This document shows, one piece after another, positions 31,546 to 42,612 of a stretch of DNA of 64,000 nt. The stretch's first letter is position 1. Each line of letters opens with the position of its first letter. Made by a program: the position numbers and the translations under genes. The stretch is from Saccostrea echinata (taxonomy: Eukaryota): NCBI RefSeq assembly GCF_033153115.1, contig NW_026889810.1:1984001-2048000 (forward strand), given 5' to 3'. The notes under the pieces are model-generated. The model searched no databases. It was not told the origin of the DNA and worked only from the letters and a program-made list of their open reading frames with translations.

Positions 31546-32672
31546 AAGGGTGAGAACAGTGGTTTTTACATGACATTACCCAGTGATAGCTCCATGCAAT
31601 CTTTTCCGAGGAATACGACCGCTCAATTTAAAACTTTATTACCACAATCTGTGGATTTAACGGATGGTCAATGGGAAGTAGCATTAACCGAAATGATTTA
31701 TCCTTGTAGTATAGAAAATATAAGTCAGGATGAATCTTATATCGAAGTGTGTATAGTGGAAAAAGTTCCACCTTTTTTTAAAGGCGTTTCACCATCTGAG
31801 AAACTGGATCTCGAGGACCCTGATAAGTACCAGTGGGGACGGTTTCAATTATTGAAAAGTACTCCCATCACTTTTCAACAAACCAAGCTTTTAGTAGATT
31901 GGAGTAAAGCTTATTGGTTAATGGGTACTTATGATCCTAGAGAGAAAATGAATTTGTATCAACTTCGATTTAGACCGGGACCTTATCCTAACCCTACAGC
32001 TATCCTGGCAGAAATCAATGAAGGTTTAGTACAGACCATGAAAAAAATCTGGAAAAAGTATCACAAATGGAACGAGAAAAAAACCCCACAGATCAAGGAA
32101 GTGATGACGATGATGATGTGTATGGAAATTTAAAACAAAGCTTAAAGACAGTGATACAAGACTTGAAAGAAGAAGAAGAAAAACCCTCAAAACTTGAGAT
32201 GAAATTTAATTATCGGGAGGATTTCAATCGAGTGAATTATGTCACTCATTTACGTCCAATTCCCATCTTTGTACATCTTCCCTTAAGTCTGGCTTATAAA
32301 TTAGGATTTCATGATTCTAAATTAGTCCCGGAAAATTGGACAGAAGACACGACCAAATGGATTAACATCAGTTATCTGGCTCCAGACACTGTAGATTTAT
32401 ATCGAAATTTAAAATCCATGTATGTGTATTGTGATCTGATTCAACCCCAGACTGTAGGATCGAATGCCTTGAAATTATTAAGAGTGTTCCCTTGTCAATT
32501 TGAACATAATGACAATCAATGTAAATGGGAACCCATCCGTGCGGAATATCTCCCTTTGAGTAAAAAACATTTTGATACCATTGAGATACACATCATGACA
32601 CCTTTAGGAAAACCCATGCCCTTTTTAAGTGGAAAAACTTTAGTCAAACTTCATTTTAGAAAAGTGTACTGA
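31546..32672 (+). pseudogene. Minor capsid protein (penton) of B; ATG changed to AAG and a frameshift at about 32085
   Basis: Ends are homologous to 173-1156. Confidence 0.88.
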
Positions 32673-32817
32673 GATGAGTGTACAGCTTTTTTGTTACATC
32701 CTATTGGGAGTCATGATTTGTCTGGTATGCTGTCTATATTTTATTCAGCCCTAAAAAGGGGTATAAAAGGAAGTCCTCAGAGTGCACAAAAGTCAGTTTT
32801 TAAGAACAGTTATCACC

Positions 32818-33360
32818 ATGCAGTATCATCCAGGAATATTAAGACAGAGAGGACATGGTTGGACTTATCATAAAGGTTTATTGCGACAAAAAGGACACGG
32901 GCTTGGTCTTTTAGCTCCGGTGTTAAAATTAGCAGCTCCAGTAGTCAGTAATCTATTAGGTGGAATATTAGGAGGGGGTCAACAGCAACCACTCCCACCC
33001 CCACCACCACCAGCTTATTATTATCCACCCCCCAAAAACTATCAAAGAGGGGAAGGATTTTTTACGGATTTACTGAAAACGGGAGCTAAACATGCCTTGA
33101 CCGCTGCTGCTAGAACGGGGTAAGATGTGTTAGAAAATAAGAGATCTTTAAAAGATGCTATCAAAACTCACGGAATACAAGCCCTAAAAAATACGTCGGG
33201 AATGGTAAAACAAAAAATGAATCTAGGAGATAGTAAGAAAAGAAAAAGAAAACAGACAGAAAGAGTTCTGTTGGCTAGAGGAGGTCCTAAGAGAAAAAGA
33301 AAAAATCAAGAAAACAATATTCCCAAGAAGAAAACACGGTCTTTAGATGTCTTTGACTGA
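32818..33360 (+). pseudogene. QxGxG core protein of B with a nonsense codon at 33121-33123
   Basis: Homologous to 1306-2080, with a single copy of the unit duplicated in A. Confidence 0.8.
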
Positions 33361-33432
33361 GAGACTATAAATAGAGGAGTGTGAGGGAGAAGAGTTTCAT
33401 TTGTGAAAAATCAATCTTAGTAGACAGACATC

Positions 33433-34835
33433 ATGTTACAGCCCGATTCCTGTGCTTGTGGGATGGACAATTTACAATTGTTCCAAGTCCCTCCCACTAA
33501 TATTGCTTTAGAAGACTCCAAATGGGAAGAATATTACCCTATTTCTAGTACTTTAGATTCAGAGACAGCTCCGATCGAATTTGAAATTAAAGGACAAGGA
33601 GATCAATATCTAGATTAATCTCAAACTTATCTTCAAATGGTATGTCAATTTGTCCAAAATGATGGAAGTGATCTGGCTGGAGTTCCTGCTAAAACAGCCC
33701 CAGTGAATAATATCTTACATTCCTTGTTTACGGAAATCGATGTCAATGTCAATGGAAAAATAATCACTCCAGGGACGGATACTTATCCTTACAAAGCTTA
33801 TCTGGAGAAATTACTGTCTTATAAACCCAGAACTTTAGCCACACAAATGAAAGCCTGTAGTCTATGGGAAAAAGATACGGCAGGACACATGGACGAAAGG
33901 GGGCTAGCAGCTCTGGGAGTGGCTGCTAATCAGGCCTTTGCTGTAGCTGCTGGTACTTGTACCATTAACAAACCCATCATTCCAGCGTACCCAGCCAATT
34001 CTAAAAACGAAGGATACAGAAAACGTCATGAAGCCATAGATGCTAGTAAGAAAATTACTTTGTTGGTTCGTTTACATCTGGATTTGTTTCAACAAGATCG
34101 ATTTCTACCGAATGGAGTCGACGTCCGTTTGAGATTTAATCGAGCTAGACCTGATTTCTACATGATGACGGCTCAAGCCAATACGGGAAAAGTCAAAATA
34201 TTAAGTATGGTCTTGTGGGTGAGAAAAGTGAAACCTTCCCCTACTTTAATGAATCACATCAATCAAACTTTGAATCTCACAGAGCCAAATATCTATTAAG
34301 AAGAGTCGAAGTCAAAAGTTTTACCATACCTACAGGAACTCAATCTAAGGTTACGGATCATCTGTTTCAAGGCCAGATGCCAAAAAGGCTCATTTTAGGG
34401 TTTGTGGAGAATGCGGCTTTTAATGGAGATAAAACTAAAAATCCCTTTAATTTTCAAAATTTTGGGATTAAAAAATTAGATGTTAGTATCAATGGAGAGA
34501 CCATGATGACTCGTTGTTTCGAACCTAATTTTAATGAAGATTTATATTTGAGATCTTATCTGAGTATATATCAAGCTTTGGGAAAATTAGGAGAAGATTG
34601 GGCTCCGGACATTACCTTAGAAGAGTATAAAAACGGATACACTTTATGGGGCTGGGATTTCACGAAAGATCAAGAAGCCCAATCGGATAAATTTCATCTC
34701 ATAGAAACAGGAAATTTAAGAGTAGAAGTTCAATTTACTAACAATACGGCTACCACTTTAAATTGTGTGGTGTATGCAGAATTTGATAACCTCTTAGAAA
34801 TCAACAAACAGAGAGAAGTGAGCATTGATTATTAA
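33433..34835 (+). pseudogene. Major capsid protein of B; stop at 33616-33618 and a frameshift at about 34275
   Basis: Colinear and highly similar to the intact MCP at 2152-3573. Confidence 0.92.
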
Positions 34836-35338
34836 TGGATACAGGACAGTTGAGAGAAGTGTTATCTAGAGAAATAAAGAGTTCGTTTGGTGGAGTGTAT
34901 CCTTTAGATTTATTACCAGATCAATTAAAATTTGGAGAAAAAGCCATTGTAGTCAATACAGATCCTCAAGATCAACCTGGAGAACATTGGGTGTGTTTAT
35001 ATGTAAGCAGTCCAGTGGTAGAATATTTTGATTCTTATGGATTTCCTCCCTTACAAAAAGAAATTCAAGACTTTATCCAGCGTCATGGTCATCAATGGAT
35101 TTATAATCCGTATCGATATCAAGATTGGAATACGGATGTGTGTGGACAAAATTGTGTGTATTATTTACATCAAAGACATATGAAGAAAATTAAAGCAGAT
35201 GAATGGTTATTTCCCTTTGACCATCATACAGCTTTACAAAGAGATCATTATGTAGCTCAATGGTTTAAAGACAGTTATCATAAAAGACCAACAGGTCATG
35301 GACAAACTTGTCAATGTTTCTATCAAAATGTATTGTAA
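34835..35338 (+). CDS. Adenain-like protease of B
   Basis: GEHW, YFDSYG, YQ..., VCGQ. Near-identical to 3573-4076. Confidence 0.92.
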   Translation: MDTGQLREVLSREIKSSFGGVYPLDLLPDQLKFGEKAIVVNTDPQDQPGEHWVCLYVSSPVVEYFDSYGFPPLQKEIQDFIQRHGHQWIYNPYRYQDWNTDVCGQNCVYYLHQRHMKKIKADEWLFPFDHHTALQRDHYVAQWFKDSYHKRPTGHGQTCQCFYQNVL

Positions 35339-35438
35339 AAAAAATTGTTATTGTTGATTGTTGTTTGTTTGTTCTCAAAATAAAAAAAAAAGAAAAAAAT
35401 GCTACCTAGATGTTTTTTTAAGAATCTGAACTGATGCT

Positions 35439-35440
<2 letters not shown>

Positions 35441-35506
<66 letters not shown>
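35441..35506. repeat. (TA)n microsatellite
   Basis: Uninterrupted TA run. Confidence 0.95.
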
Positions 35507-35511
<5 letters not shown>

Positions 35512-35584
35512 TAACAAAGAGTTAAAAATAAACTTACAAAAAAGGTATAAATACAAAGGGATAAGGTGTATTAAAATCAGTTTG

Positions 35585-36205
35585 ATGAGGATGAGCTTGA
35601 GTAAAAAGTCAAAAGATATGGAGGAAGAGAAAATACCATTATTAGAAAAAAGAATGATCATGCCTATGGAGGTAAATGATTCCAGTCCTCCCAAAAGAAG
35701 AATAGAACTAAAAACAATGGATGAAGAACCCTGTAATGTTTACTTGCCAGCAAATGAGAAGATCCATGACCCAAAGGACCCATACAGAAGTTACAGAATA
35801 GCCACTAACTGGACATTTGTTTTAAATCAAGTGAACGAAGAAATAGAAGATATAGACATTTTTCTGAACCTTGAAGATGATGAAATTCAGTACCTGATCC
35901 TAAAAAAGGAAATTCATCCCTGCACAGGAAAAGTGCATCAAATCAGGGGTTTCATTCAAATGAAAGAACCTGTAGGAGGACTGGATGTGCATAAACTTAA
36001 TCTTACAGCAAGATTTGATATGTCCCACAGTACACCAGAATTAGAAAGAATGTTTTACAGGCAAGGTGGTAACTATCAAGAATATGGAATTCTGAAACCT
36101 GAGGAGAGAAACAAAGAATTACTGGAGAAATGGGAAACAGCAAAATTGTGCCTGGAGAAATTTCGTAGAAAAGAAAAAGAGAAATGTTGTTTTTGTTCAG
36201 CTTAA
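35585..36205 (+). CDS. CRESS-DNA-virus Rep N-terminal (HUH endonuclease) domain derivative; no helicase, degenerate catalytic motifs
   Basis: NWTFVLNQ (motif I), YLILKKEIHPCTGKVHQIRGFIQMK (motif II region), ARFD...ERMFYRQGGNYQEYG (motif III region). Own TATA (about 35546), TCAGTT initiator and downstream AATAAA. Confidence 0.72.
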   Translation: MRMSLSKKSKDMEEEKIPLLEKRMIMPMEVNDSSPPKRRIELKTMDEEPCNVYLPANEKIHDPKDPYRSYRIATNWTFVLNQVNEEIEDIDIFLNLEDDEIQYLILKKEIHPCTGKVHQIRGFIQMKEPVGGLDVHKLNLTARFDMSHSTPELERMFYRQGGNYQEYGILKPEERNKELLEKWETAKLCLEKFRRKEKEKCCFCSA

Positions 36206-36518
36206 ATATATGAAAAGTGACATTTAAAAAATTGTGTGTGTGTTAATAAAATGAAAGAGTTCTATGTTAATAAAATGTTGATTTGTAAAATAAAATAAAA
36301 TTAAAATTAAAAAAAAAAATATATATTTATTTCTTTTTTAAAAAAATTAATGTTAATAAAAAAATTTAATTTTAATTTTTAAAACAACAGTGACCTCTGG
36401 GTGTTTTTATGAGACTTTTCTATTATAACCAACTGTGTATCAAAAGGTATCTATTCGAATCATTGAAGTGGCCCTTAAAAGGGCCGATGTTGATTTTTTT
36501 ATTTAAGGGTTTACTCCC

Positions 36519-37160
36519 TTACTCTGGCTGTAGCCCAAATCCTCGCCAAGGGAATGGGTTGTAGCGGCATAATGGACAAGGTAAACGTCGATCTATGATC
36601 CTTGCTGAACATAGATAGCAAGCTGGTCTTTGCCTGCATTGGTCGGATATATAATTATTCTGTTCTTCATCGCACAAACACAGGCTGCAGAATATGGTAG
36701 ATACAGGGACTTGTAAACCCCAGCTGGGGATACATCCCTGAAACCTAGTCTGGGTCTGCTGGCTCTGGCGATTGTAAACCTCATCCACCGTTGATGGTAT
36801 CCCAGGAGATGGAGGTGGTGATTCTGGAGAATCAGGGAGAGAAAGATTTCTTCCCTCTTCCTGGGGTCTAGGGTGGTAAATAGGCCTTGGTGCTGGTGGC
36901 GGTGGTGAGGGTGGCCTTGCTGGTGGTGAGCGTGGCCTTGCTGGTGGTGAGGGTGATCTCCTCCTCCTCCTCCTGGGGTGAAGTCTATCATAAGGTGTCG
37001 CTGATATTCTTCTGGCATGGGAATTTTCACTTATCTGCACCCGCATCATCGGACAACGCAACAATTCTTGGCCGTCTGTAATTCTACGTACAGCATAGTA
37101 ACACACTAACTCAATCCCTGGGATGAGGTATAACTCTTCATGAAAATTTTCGTCAGCCAT
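36519..37160 (-). CDS. Pro/Arg-rich RING-like protein of B (third Cys replaced by Ser)
   Basis: Shares PIYHPRP.EEGRN..LPD.PESPPP, FQGCIP.WG and C.LCLCD...CRQRPAC.LC...CPLCRY with 8679-9389. Confidence 0.72.
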   Translation of the reverse strand: MADENFHEELYLIPGIELVCYYAVRRITDGQELLRCPMMRVQISENSHARRISATPYDRLHPRRRRRRSPSPPARPRSPPARPPSPPPPAPRPIYHPRPQEEGRNLSLPDSPESPPPSPGIPSTVDEVYNRQSQQTQTRFQGCIPSWGLQVPVSTIFCSLCLCDEEQNNYISDQCRQRPACYLCSARIIDRRLPCPLCRYNPFPWRGFGLQPE

Positions 37161-37169
37161 AGAAAGGGT

Positions 37170-37860
37170 CGCTGTGAAATCAGCTAGTAACGAATGACAG
37201 TTAACAGCTGACGAGCGTTGGTATTTATACACACAGCGCGACCCGAAAAGATAGCCCCAAAAGCCCGGATGAAACAGAGCTCAAAAAATCATGGAGAATT
37301 CAAAATTGTGTTATTCTGTGTTTGTGAATATCTCTATTGGATTAAATAACATATTATGGAATGATATATAGTTTCAAACCTTCTAGTGAAAGAATGAAGG
37401 TAAGTTTTGAGGATGATTTCACAGTATTATTCATACATGACATTCCTCCGTTGTTTAGAACAGGCTCATTCATGCCGAAGTGAAGGTCTAACCTTGAGTG
37501 ACCTGAATACCTAAAATAAGTCGTTTTAAACTTTTAAAAGTGTGACACCAAGAAAACTTAATGTCTATCATAAGATCGAACCTAAGGAAAAGTGTTGAGA
37601 GGGTTTTTAAATCAAAAGAATCCTTACAAGTGTAGAAATAAACTTAGCGTTGGTTTAAACATAAACACAAGGGAGGTCAAAGGTCAGCCATTTTCAGAAA
37701 ATCACTGTATAGACTTGTATAGAGCTTATAAGATTCTTTTCAATCCTGATCTTTGATGATGAAAATTTTGAAATGAATACAATCGGAAACTTATAAAAAT
37801 CATTTGTATCTACTTTATTTGCAATGGGAATGTCTAGATTTTTATAAAAAGACTAAAACA
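37170..37860 (-). promoter_or_regulatory. Conserved non-coding upstream region of the RING gene in B (DR1 at 37674-37686)
   Basis: Colinear with 9410-10110. Confidence 0.6.
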
Positions 37861-37949
37861 AAAAAAACATCTCAGCGTCTAAACAAGGACACAAGATGGC
37901 GTCCTATTTGTATAGAAATAATAACAAAAAAAAGAACTGATTGTTTTTT

Positions 37950-38471
37950 TCATTCTTTTTTTTTTTTTTTTAATTTTTTTAGTTTTAACAATTGTTCCAA
38001 GTGTTGAATTCTCTTTTGTAATCTTATTCTATCCGCTACTAGAGCCATCCATTCACTTTTCCGATCTTCGGGGGGTAAATCATGAATTTCATTCAAGTCT
38101 GTATTAAAGGTCACACATTTTTTAGTAGGTCTGATATTTCCAGAGATTTCATTCCGTATTGAATACAGATTTTCTCCATCGTTTCTATTTCTTTCCAAAG
38201 TAGAATCACTTTGCTCCCTTGGGGATGACATAGAAAACTGTAGGGTTTTTGTAAATATTGCATCATGTTCATCCCGTACATTTTTTCGGGTAAAGTCTTT
38301 TTCATTCGTTGACATATGAAATGAATAATCGCTAATCTCCCCACTGTCGTACGATGGGATAAAGCCAGGCATTGTAACCACAAGTCCTGAGTGGTTTCTA
38401 TGATGTTGTCTGCTTTCTGAAACACTTGTTCCGCTTCGGGGGGTAATGGTTGTTCCTGTTGTTCTAGACAT
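37950..38471 (-). CDS. PPP1R15/DP71L-like PP1-recruiting protein (overprinted frame Y), 173 aa
   Basis: Ser/Thr-rich N-terminus, C-terminal KKCVTF...DRKSEWMALVADRIRLQKRI. ATG position conserved with 10832 in A. Confidence 0.75.
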   Translation of the reverse strand: MSRTTGTTITPRSGTSVSESRQHHRNHSGLVVTMPGFIPSYDSGEISDYSFHMSTNEKDFTRKNVRDEHDAIFTKTLQFSMSSPREQSDSTLERNRNDGENLYSIRNEISGNIRPTKKCVTFNTDLNEIHDLPPEDRKSEWMALVADRIRLQKRIQHLEQLLKLKKLKKKKKE

Positions 38472-38524
38472 TGCATTAAAGTATCATAACTTTCCAACAC
38501 TAAAGTGTGATAGTGTCTCAACAT
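38111..38524 (-). CDS. Predicted all-helical 137-aa protein (frame X) overlapping the PP1-regulator ORF
   Basis: Conserved along its whole length with element A once the 20-nt deletion in A is corrected. Confidence 0.7.
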   Translation of the reverse strand: MLRHYHTLVLESYDTLMQCLEQQEQPLPPEAEQVFQKADNIIETTQDLWLQCLALSHRTTVGRLAIIHFICQRMKKTLPEKMYGMNMMQYLQKPYSFLCHPQGSKVILLWKEIETMEKICIQYGMKSLEISDLLKNV

Positions 38525-38966
38525 GATATAAATGATTTTTAAAAAAAAGAAATGTTTTTATGACCTTATTTATACCTTTTGGTTTTCTATTTATAGAAAT
38601 AAAACCAATCAAGGTAAAAATAGGCTTAAGTTAAATTTTTTGCACACGGTACTACTACAGAGGTGTGTTTTAATTGAATTGAATTGGTGCCAAGATTAGG
38701 TACATGACCCCTCTCTGCAGGTGTTTTAAGAATCAGATCTCGTGCTTAATATATATAATTATATAATTATAGTAACAAAAAGGTAAAAATAGTTTTTCAA
38801 AGTTGAATAGGTGCCAAAATTTCACCTGTGCAGGTGTTTTAAGAATGGGATCTAGTGCTATTATAATTATAGTAACAAAGAGCTAAAAATAGTTTTTCAT
38901 AAGGTATATAAACTCAGAGTTAAGTCAGTTATAGCATCAGTTTTGACACATGTAGAGAGAATAGAG

Positions 38967-39518
38967 ATGGCAGAAGCAATGATGAATCTTAATAATCTTA
39001 CAGGTCAGAATTATATTCCACCTCAGAGTACAGGACTAGGATATGCCTTACCCACGGCACCTGATACACAAGATCCCATCGGATTGGATTTGGGACTTTA
39101 TAATATGCCAGAACCCATGACCAAAGAAGATATGAGCATCTTAACCACCACTCTGGATGGAATTATTAAAATGCTGACGGATTTAAAAGAATACAACACC
39201 AGTGAATTTTGTTTGATAAGGGGGAAATTATCCAGATTAGAAGTTAAAGTGACTAATATCCAGGAGAAAATGAATGGTAATTTTATCAGAAAAAACAGAG
39301 TAGCAGCAGTAGCAATAGGAGCAGCACCACAGGAAAAAAGACAAAAGAAACAGATCCATGTTACATTTGTAATGAGTTTGGGACATTGGGCTCCAGACTG
39401 TCCCAGAAAAAAACAGGATTTGTGTTACAAATGTGGAAGAATGGGACATTGGGTTAATGAATGCCCAGAAGATGATCATCAATTTGTGAAAGAAGTACAA
39501 AATTTAGAGAAAAATTAA
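38967..39518 (+). pseudogene. Coiled-coil plus CCHC zinc-knuckle gene of B; local frameshifts scramble the first knuckle
   Basis: TQDP.GLDLGLYN.PE.MTKED shared with A. CYKCGRMGHWVNEC present; DPCYICNE lies in an alternative frame. Confidence 0.75.
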
Positions 39519-40048
39519 GAGAAGAAAAAACATCAGGAACATCAAATTCCTACTAAAGGCAGTAACAAAAGAAAACTTGAGAATACCAATGTAAAGGAGA
39601 AACTAAAATTGAAACTCTAGAAAAATAATTGACAGTTTTGTTGTGAATAATGGATGTGAAACAGTAAGTTTTCATGTTTTTAGTGAACCTTGTGATATTC
39701 CTGTTAGGACTGTTTCTCTGATGTCTTTTTTTCTTGTTTTTGTGTGATAATGACGTCATAATGGACATACTTGAATCGCTGCCAAGACTGTGTACGTCCT
39801 GCCTATTGGTGACTAACCCAAAAAAATTCCTTTTTGTACAGTGATAAAAAATTTGTGATTTTCCTGTTGTAATAGGACTGTTCTCTGATCTTTTTTTTTT
39901 CTTTTCATATTGTATTGTAATGTATTGTATTGGATTGGATTGGATCAATAATAAAGGTTTTGTTGAAATTGAAAAAAAAATCTTTTTTTTTTTGATTTTT
40001 TTTTTTTTTTTTTTTTGTATTTTTTTTTTTAAAAAGGGAGAAAAAAAA

Positions 40049-40272
40049 TGCACTTAATTGACCCGTCCAGCGCATTTTGGGACTTTTGATACGGTATCCT
40101 GTATAGACTTTCTTATTTTGACTTTTTTTTTACCGTCTATAACGGCCCCTATACGCCTGGATAGACCGGTCCAGCGCATTTTACATTTTTCGTATTTTTT
40201 CCATTTTTTTACCGTCTATAACGGCCCCTATACTCCAGGATAGACCCGTCTATCCTGGAGTAATCTACTACT
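40049..40272 (-). repeat. Right TIR of Maverick B
   Basis: Inverted copy of 18661-18885, followed by the TSD TGCCTC. Confidence 0.95.
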
Positions 40273-41610
40273 TGCCTCACATAAGATTTTTTTTTTTTTA
40301 ATTTTTGAGCAATATAACCTCATTTGAAGTCAGCATTTCGTTCATTCTATCGTTACGATGACCTTGTTATCAAGTATAACCTATCATTGGGTATATTATG
40401 GCTGACTCGTAAACTGCTAAGCCTTTACTTGACTACGGAATGTTCTGTGTACCTGATCAATACGCAGGACTCGCGGCGGGTGTGACAGGTCAACATGGAA
40501 TGCTTACTCCTAGGCTCCTAATCCAATCTTTAGTATTTCTAAAGGTCCGTGTTTTTCCATGCCCTCTTGACAGATTGACATTGTTTATAATTTTTTGAGA
40601 TCACTTGTTCGTTATTTTCTCCATTTTTACATATATAATAAAATGACTATTTTCTTACGAATGGGAATATCAAAACCTAAAACAATAATTTCATATTAGT
40701 AGAGCTTCGGTTTTAATAACCTACCCGGAAATAAAAATGTGGGTACAAATTTTTTATTTAAATCTACGGATTTTTTTTTTAATTTTTTTTTGGTTATAAT
40801 ATGTATGTTTCAATGATGCCGACGATTTGCCTGGGATTTGACAAGCATCCTCATTAATAAGGCTTTACTGTACATTTAGTAAAACCTGTCTCATCTGTTA
40901 CGTATCTCATCGAACTTAAACTCCCTTTTGTGGTTGCACCCTCGTTCTGTAAGCGTGATACATGTATGAATAAAACTTTGAATCAATACATAGATATATT
41001 TTTATATTAATACAACCAAATGTATTCCTTCTGTCTTGAAAAAGCCTTTTCTCTATTTTTGAGTTCTTTAATGACCCCATCTCTGGTCACATCCTAGTCT
41101 CAGAGGCCATAAATTGAAGAAACACGATCAGCTTTCAATAAGGAAACATTCACTATTTTTGTCTTTAATTGTTTAGTTCTTCTTTTAAATGATCCCACCT
41201 TATCTTTATTATCTCCCCTTTGAATTGGGAAGTTTTTCACTTGAACGAACTAAGTCTATGGATTTGTACCCTTTAAGGCAAGCACGCAAAATTACGTGAA
41301 GAAAAATATTTTACAATTTATCGTCTTACCCGCATCATTTTTCTTGTTTGAATACGAAAATTAATTTTGTGTTTGATTGCAGTCTCTTTTCCATACAGAA
41401 AGATTAAAACTTGTAGAATGTTCTTTGTCAAGAAAAAAAATGTAGAAATGTCAACGTAACTGATTAGGTTATGTAAATTCTATTAAATGCAATATCATTG
41501 ATCAAGTAAATATATTAAAAGCTTCATGTTTTAAATAATGCTTTATCAAATGAATATGTTCCATTGATTTCATGAAAATTACGAATTATCACATAACATC
41601 TTTGTTACCA

Positions 41611-41952
41611 AACCGTTCACAGTAGCTCAGTCGGTAGAGCGCTCGCTTCGTGGTCGGGAGGTCGTGAGTTCGAATCTCGGCCGCGACTGACCTAAGTCGA
41701 TAAAAAATTGGTAGCAACTGTTCTTCGCCATGCGCTCGGAACTTTGAAGTGAAAGTTGCGGGCCCATCGGATGAGAACTTAAAAACCGAGGCCCGCGTTG
41801 GTACAATAAAGATTCCTCACTGTTCAATGGCCCTGAGTGCCTAGTAAAGGTCAAAATTTGAAGCCCTTCACCGGTATATGGGAACGTCTATATATGAGTG
41901 AAAAATCCTCGAATCTCGAATGGGGCGTAAAACAACAATCAATCAATCAATC
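41611..41952 (+). mobile_element. tRNA-derived SINE (family 1)
   Basis: A box TAGCTCAGTCGG, B box GAGTTCGAATC, (AATC)n tail, TSD TTTGTTACCA. Confidence 0.88.
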
Positions 41953-41977
41953 TTTGTTACCATTGAAAGTATTGTGT

Positions 41978-42260
41978 TTGCTTGTATGTTGTTTAACGTC
42001 CCTCTCGAGAATTTTTCACTCATATGGAGAAGCCACCACTTGCCGATGCAGAGCTGCAAATTTTGTCCTATACTCGGCGCTTACGGCCATTGAGCAGTGA
42101 GGGATCTTTTTCGTGCCAGCACCTACAGCGACACGGGACCTGGGTTTATACGGTCTCATCCGAAGGACCGGTCTCCACGTCCCACATCGGGATTCGAACC
42201 CGCAACGTAAGGATCAACTCCTTACTTCGCGACTCTTAGAGCAGACGCTCTAACCACTGG
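41978..42260 (-). mobile_element. tRNA-derived SINE (family 2), slightly 5'-truncated
   Basis: B box GGTTCGAATCC, same 3' body as the other copies, TSD AAGTATTGTGT. Confidence 0.88.
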
Positions 42261-42426
42261 AAGTATTGTGTAATTGTCCTTAAAAATACTGTACCAAGAA
42301 AAAAATCACACTTCTTATTTCTCTCTCCAGCTTATTTTGTTACATGTGATGTCGTCACAATGGGTAGCTTTACTGACTTGAATCCCCGCCAGTGTTTTTG
42401 TGTATTGCCTGTTTATACTAACTTGA

Positions 42427-42612
42427 GTCGCCTGCGTGGCGCAAGGGTAAGCGCGTCTGCTCTAGAGTCGAGGTACCGTGTCGCAGTAATTGCGGGCACG
42501 AAAAAGATCCCTCACTGCTCATTGGCCCAAAATGCTGAGTAAAGGTCAACATTTACAGCCCTCCACCGGCAAGTGATGGCGTCTCGAGAGGGGCGTTAAA
42601 CAATAAACAAAC
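42427..42612 (+). mobile_element. Internally deleted SINE (family 2)
   Basis: Head gcctgcgtggcgca...gcgtctgctctagagtcg joined to the 3' body and an (AAAC)n tail. Confidence 0.75.

Larger units (their letters stand above)
18661..40272 (+). mobile_element. Full-length Maverick/Polinton (adintovirus-like) element B, 21.6 kb including a 2.0-kb nested insertion; several genes disrupted
   Basis: Starts AGTAGTAG and ends CTACTACT. TIRs about 225 bp. 6-bp TSD TGCCTC (18655-18660 and 40273-40278). Full set of pPolB, ATPase, integrase, penton, hexon and protease. Confidence 0.97.

Noticed and set aside
39553-40053. 166-aa minus-strand ORF
   Set aside because: It arises from poly-T tracts and subterminal non-coding sequence, and has no counterpart in A.
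40430-40625. GC-richer block resembling a common bivalve dispersed repeat
   Set aside because: It is single-copy here and degenerate, and I cannot support boundaries or a class from the sequence alone.
41613-41686. tRNA-Thr-like gene
   Set aside because: The stems pair poorly, and it continues into a SINE body with an (AATC)n tail and TSD. It is a SINE head.
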